Shown here piece after piece: positions 28,651 to 28,991 of a stretch of DNA of 28,991 nucleotides. The position numbers and the translations under genes are program-made. Every line of letters begins with the position of its first letter. Position 1 is the first letter of the stretch. Source of the DNA: Methanomicrobiales archaeon (GTDB lineage: Archaea > Halobacteriota > Methanomicrobia > Methanomicrobiales > Methanospirillaceae); assembly GCA_037137755.1 (NCBI GenBank), contig JBAXJR010000030.1:1-28991 (forward strand), read 5' to 3'. The notes under the pieces were generated by a model that searched no databases, had not been told where the DNA came from, and worked only from the letters and a program-made list of their open reading frames with translations.

Positions 28651-28991
28651 ATGTCATCGGTGTGGACAACAAAGGTTAAAAAATTAAATCCTAAAAAGGG
28701 ATATACTGCCGCTTATATCCAATTACCATGGAATACCCATGAAGATCTCATAGGGCGCGAGGTTGAGATCGAGGAAGTAGTGGGTGGTTTTTTAGTCAAG
28801 GTGGATTGTGAGAAGTTTAAACTTGAGCAACCTATAAACCCAAATGAACGGTTATTATCACTTGAAAAGGAATTTCATGAGTTTAAAGCGCTTATAGCGT
28901 CTAAATTGTTCCAGAATGATGATAAAATCGAAAATCAGAGTAGCCCGGAGCAGATTCGAACTGCTGTCCCGAGATCCAGAGTCTCGGATGA
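28651..28991 (+). CDS. Integrase N-terminal fragment, int(N); open to the window end
   Basis: Absent from the ORF track. From ATG 28651: MSSVWTTKVKKLNPKKGYTAAYIQLPW...DDKIENQ-SSPEQIRTAVPRSRV, entering att in the same frame as int(C). Confidence 0.85.
   Translation, partial: MSSVWTTKVKKLNPKKGYTAAYIQLPWNTHEDLIGREVEIEEVVGGFLVKVDCEKFKLEQPINPNERLLSLEKEFHEFKALIASKLFQNDDKIENQSSPEQIRTAVPRSRVSD
28937..28984 (+). repeat. Right att site: 48-bp direct repeat
   Basis: Identical to 21124-21171. Confidence 0.97.
28941..28991 (-). tRNA. tRNA-Gln(CTG), 3' portion (5' end lies beyond the window)
   Basis: Reverse complement TCATC-CGAGA-CT-CTG-GA-TCTCG-GGAC-AGCAG-TTCGAAT-CTGCT-CCGGGCT-A. The anticodon stem is complete here but broken in the left copy. 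Confidence 0.9.

Larger units (their letters stand above)
21124..28984. mobile_element. Integrated plasmid/satellite-like element (7813-bp unit) in tRNA-Gln(CTG)
   Basis: Perfect 48-bp terminal direct repeats, split tyrosine integrase, primase-helicase, and visibly higher AT content than the flanking genes. Confidence 0.95.

Noticed and set aside
21124-28984. Calling the element a provirus
   Set aside because: No recognisable capsid, packaging ATPase or lysis gene. An unrecognised small virion protein cannot be fully excluded.

Overview
Archaeal chromosome segment, most likely from a Methanomicrobiales-type methanogen (inferred from gene content). Bases 1-21.1 kb are mostly housekeeping genes: echA-like (runs off the left edge), a class I glutamine amidotransferase, PsiE, a degenerate M23 peptidase, an ABC-ATPase + TOPRIM-like pair, ACT-hom, an HTH/TiaS-like fusion, nadC-nadX, an MtaB-type methylthiotransferase, tRNA-Ile(GAT), iorAB, an orphan DNA methyltransferase, tRNA-Ser(GGA), cbf5, hemD, a TctA-like permease, nop5 and fibrillarin. 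Bases 21124-28984 are a complete, AT-richer integrated element (7813-bp unit) bounded by a perfect 48-bp direct repeat containing the 3' half of tRNA-Gln(CTG). Its tyrosine integrase is split by the att site (SSV1-style): int(C) lies at the left end and an unannotated int(N) at the right end, in the same reading frame through att, so excision would rebuild a 457-aa integrase. Inside are a small wHTH gene, a Cys-rich gene, an NrS-1-like primase-polymerase/helicase, an iteron-flanked AT-rich candidate origin, and two surface-type cargo genes (NosD-PKD-PKD-BACON and CAP). No capsid or conjugation genes are present, so it looks like a satellite or integrative plasmid. All family assignments come from motif recognition by eye, not database searches.
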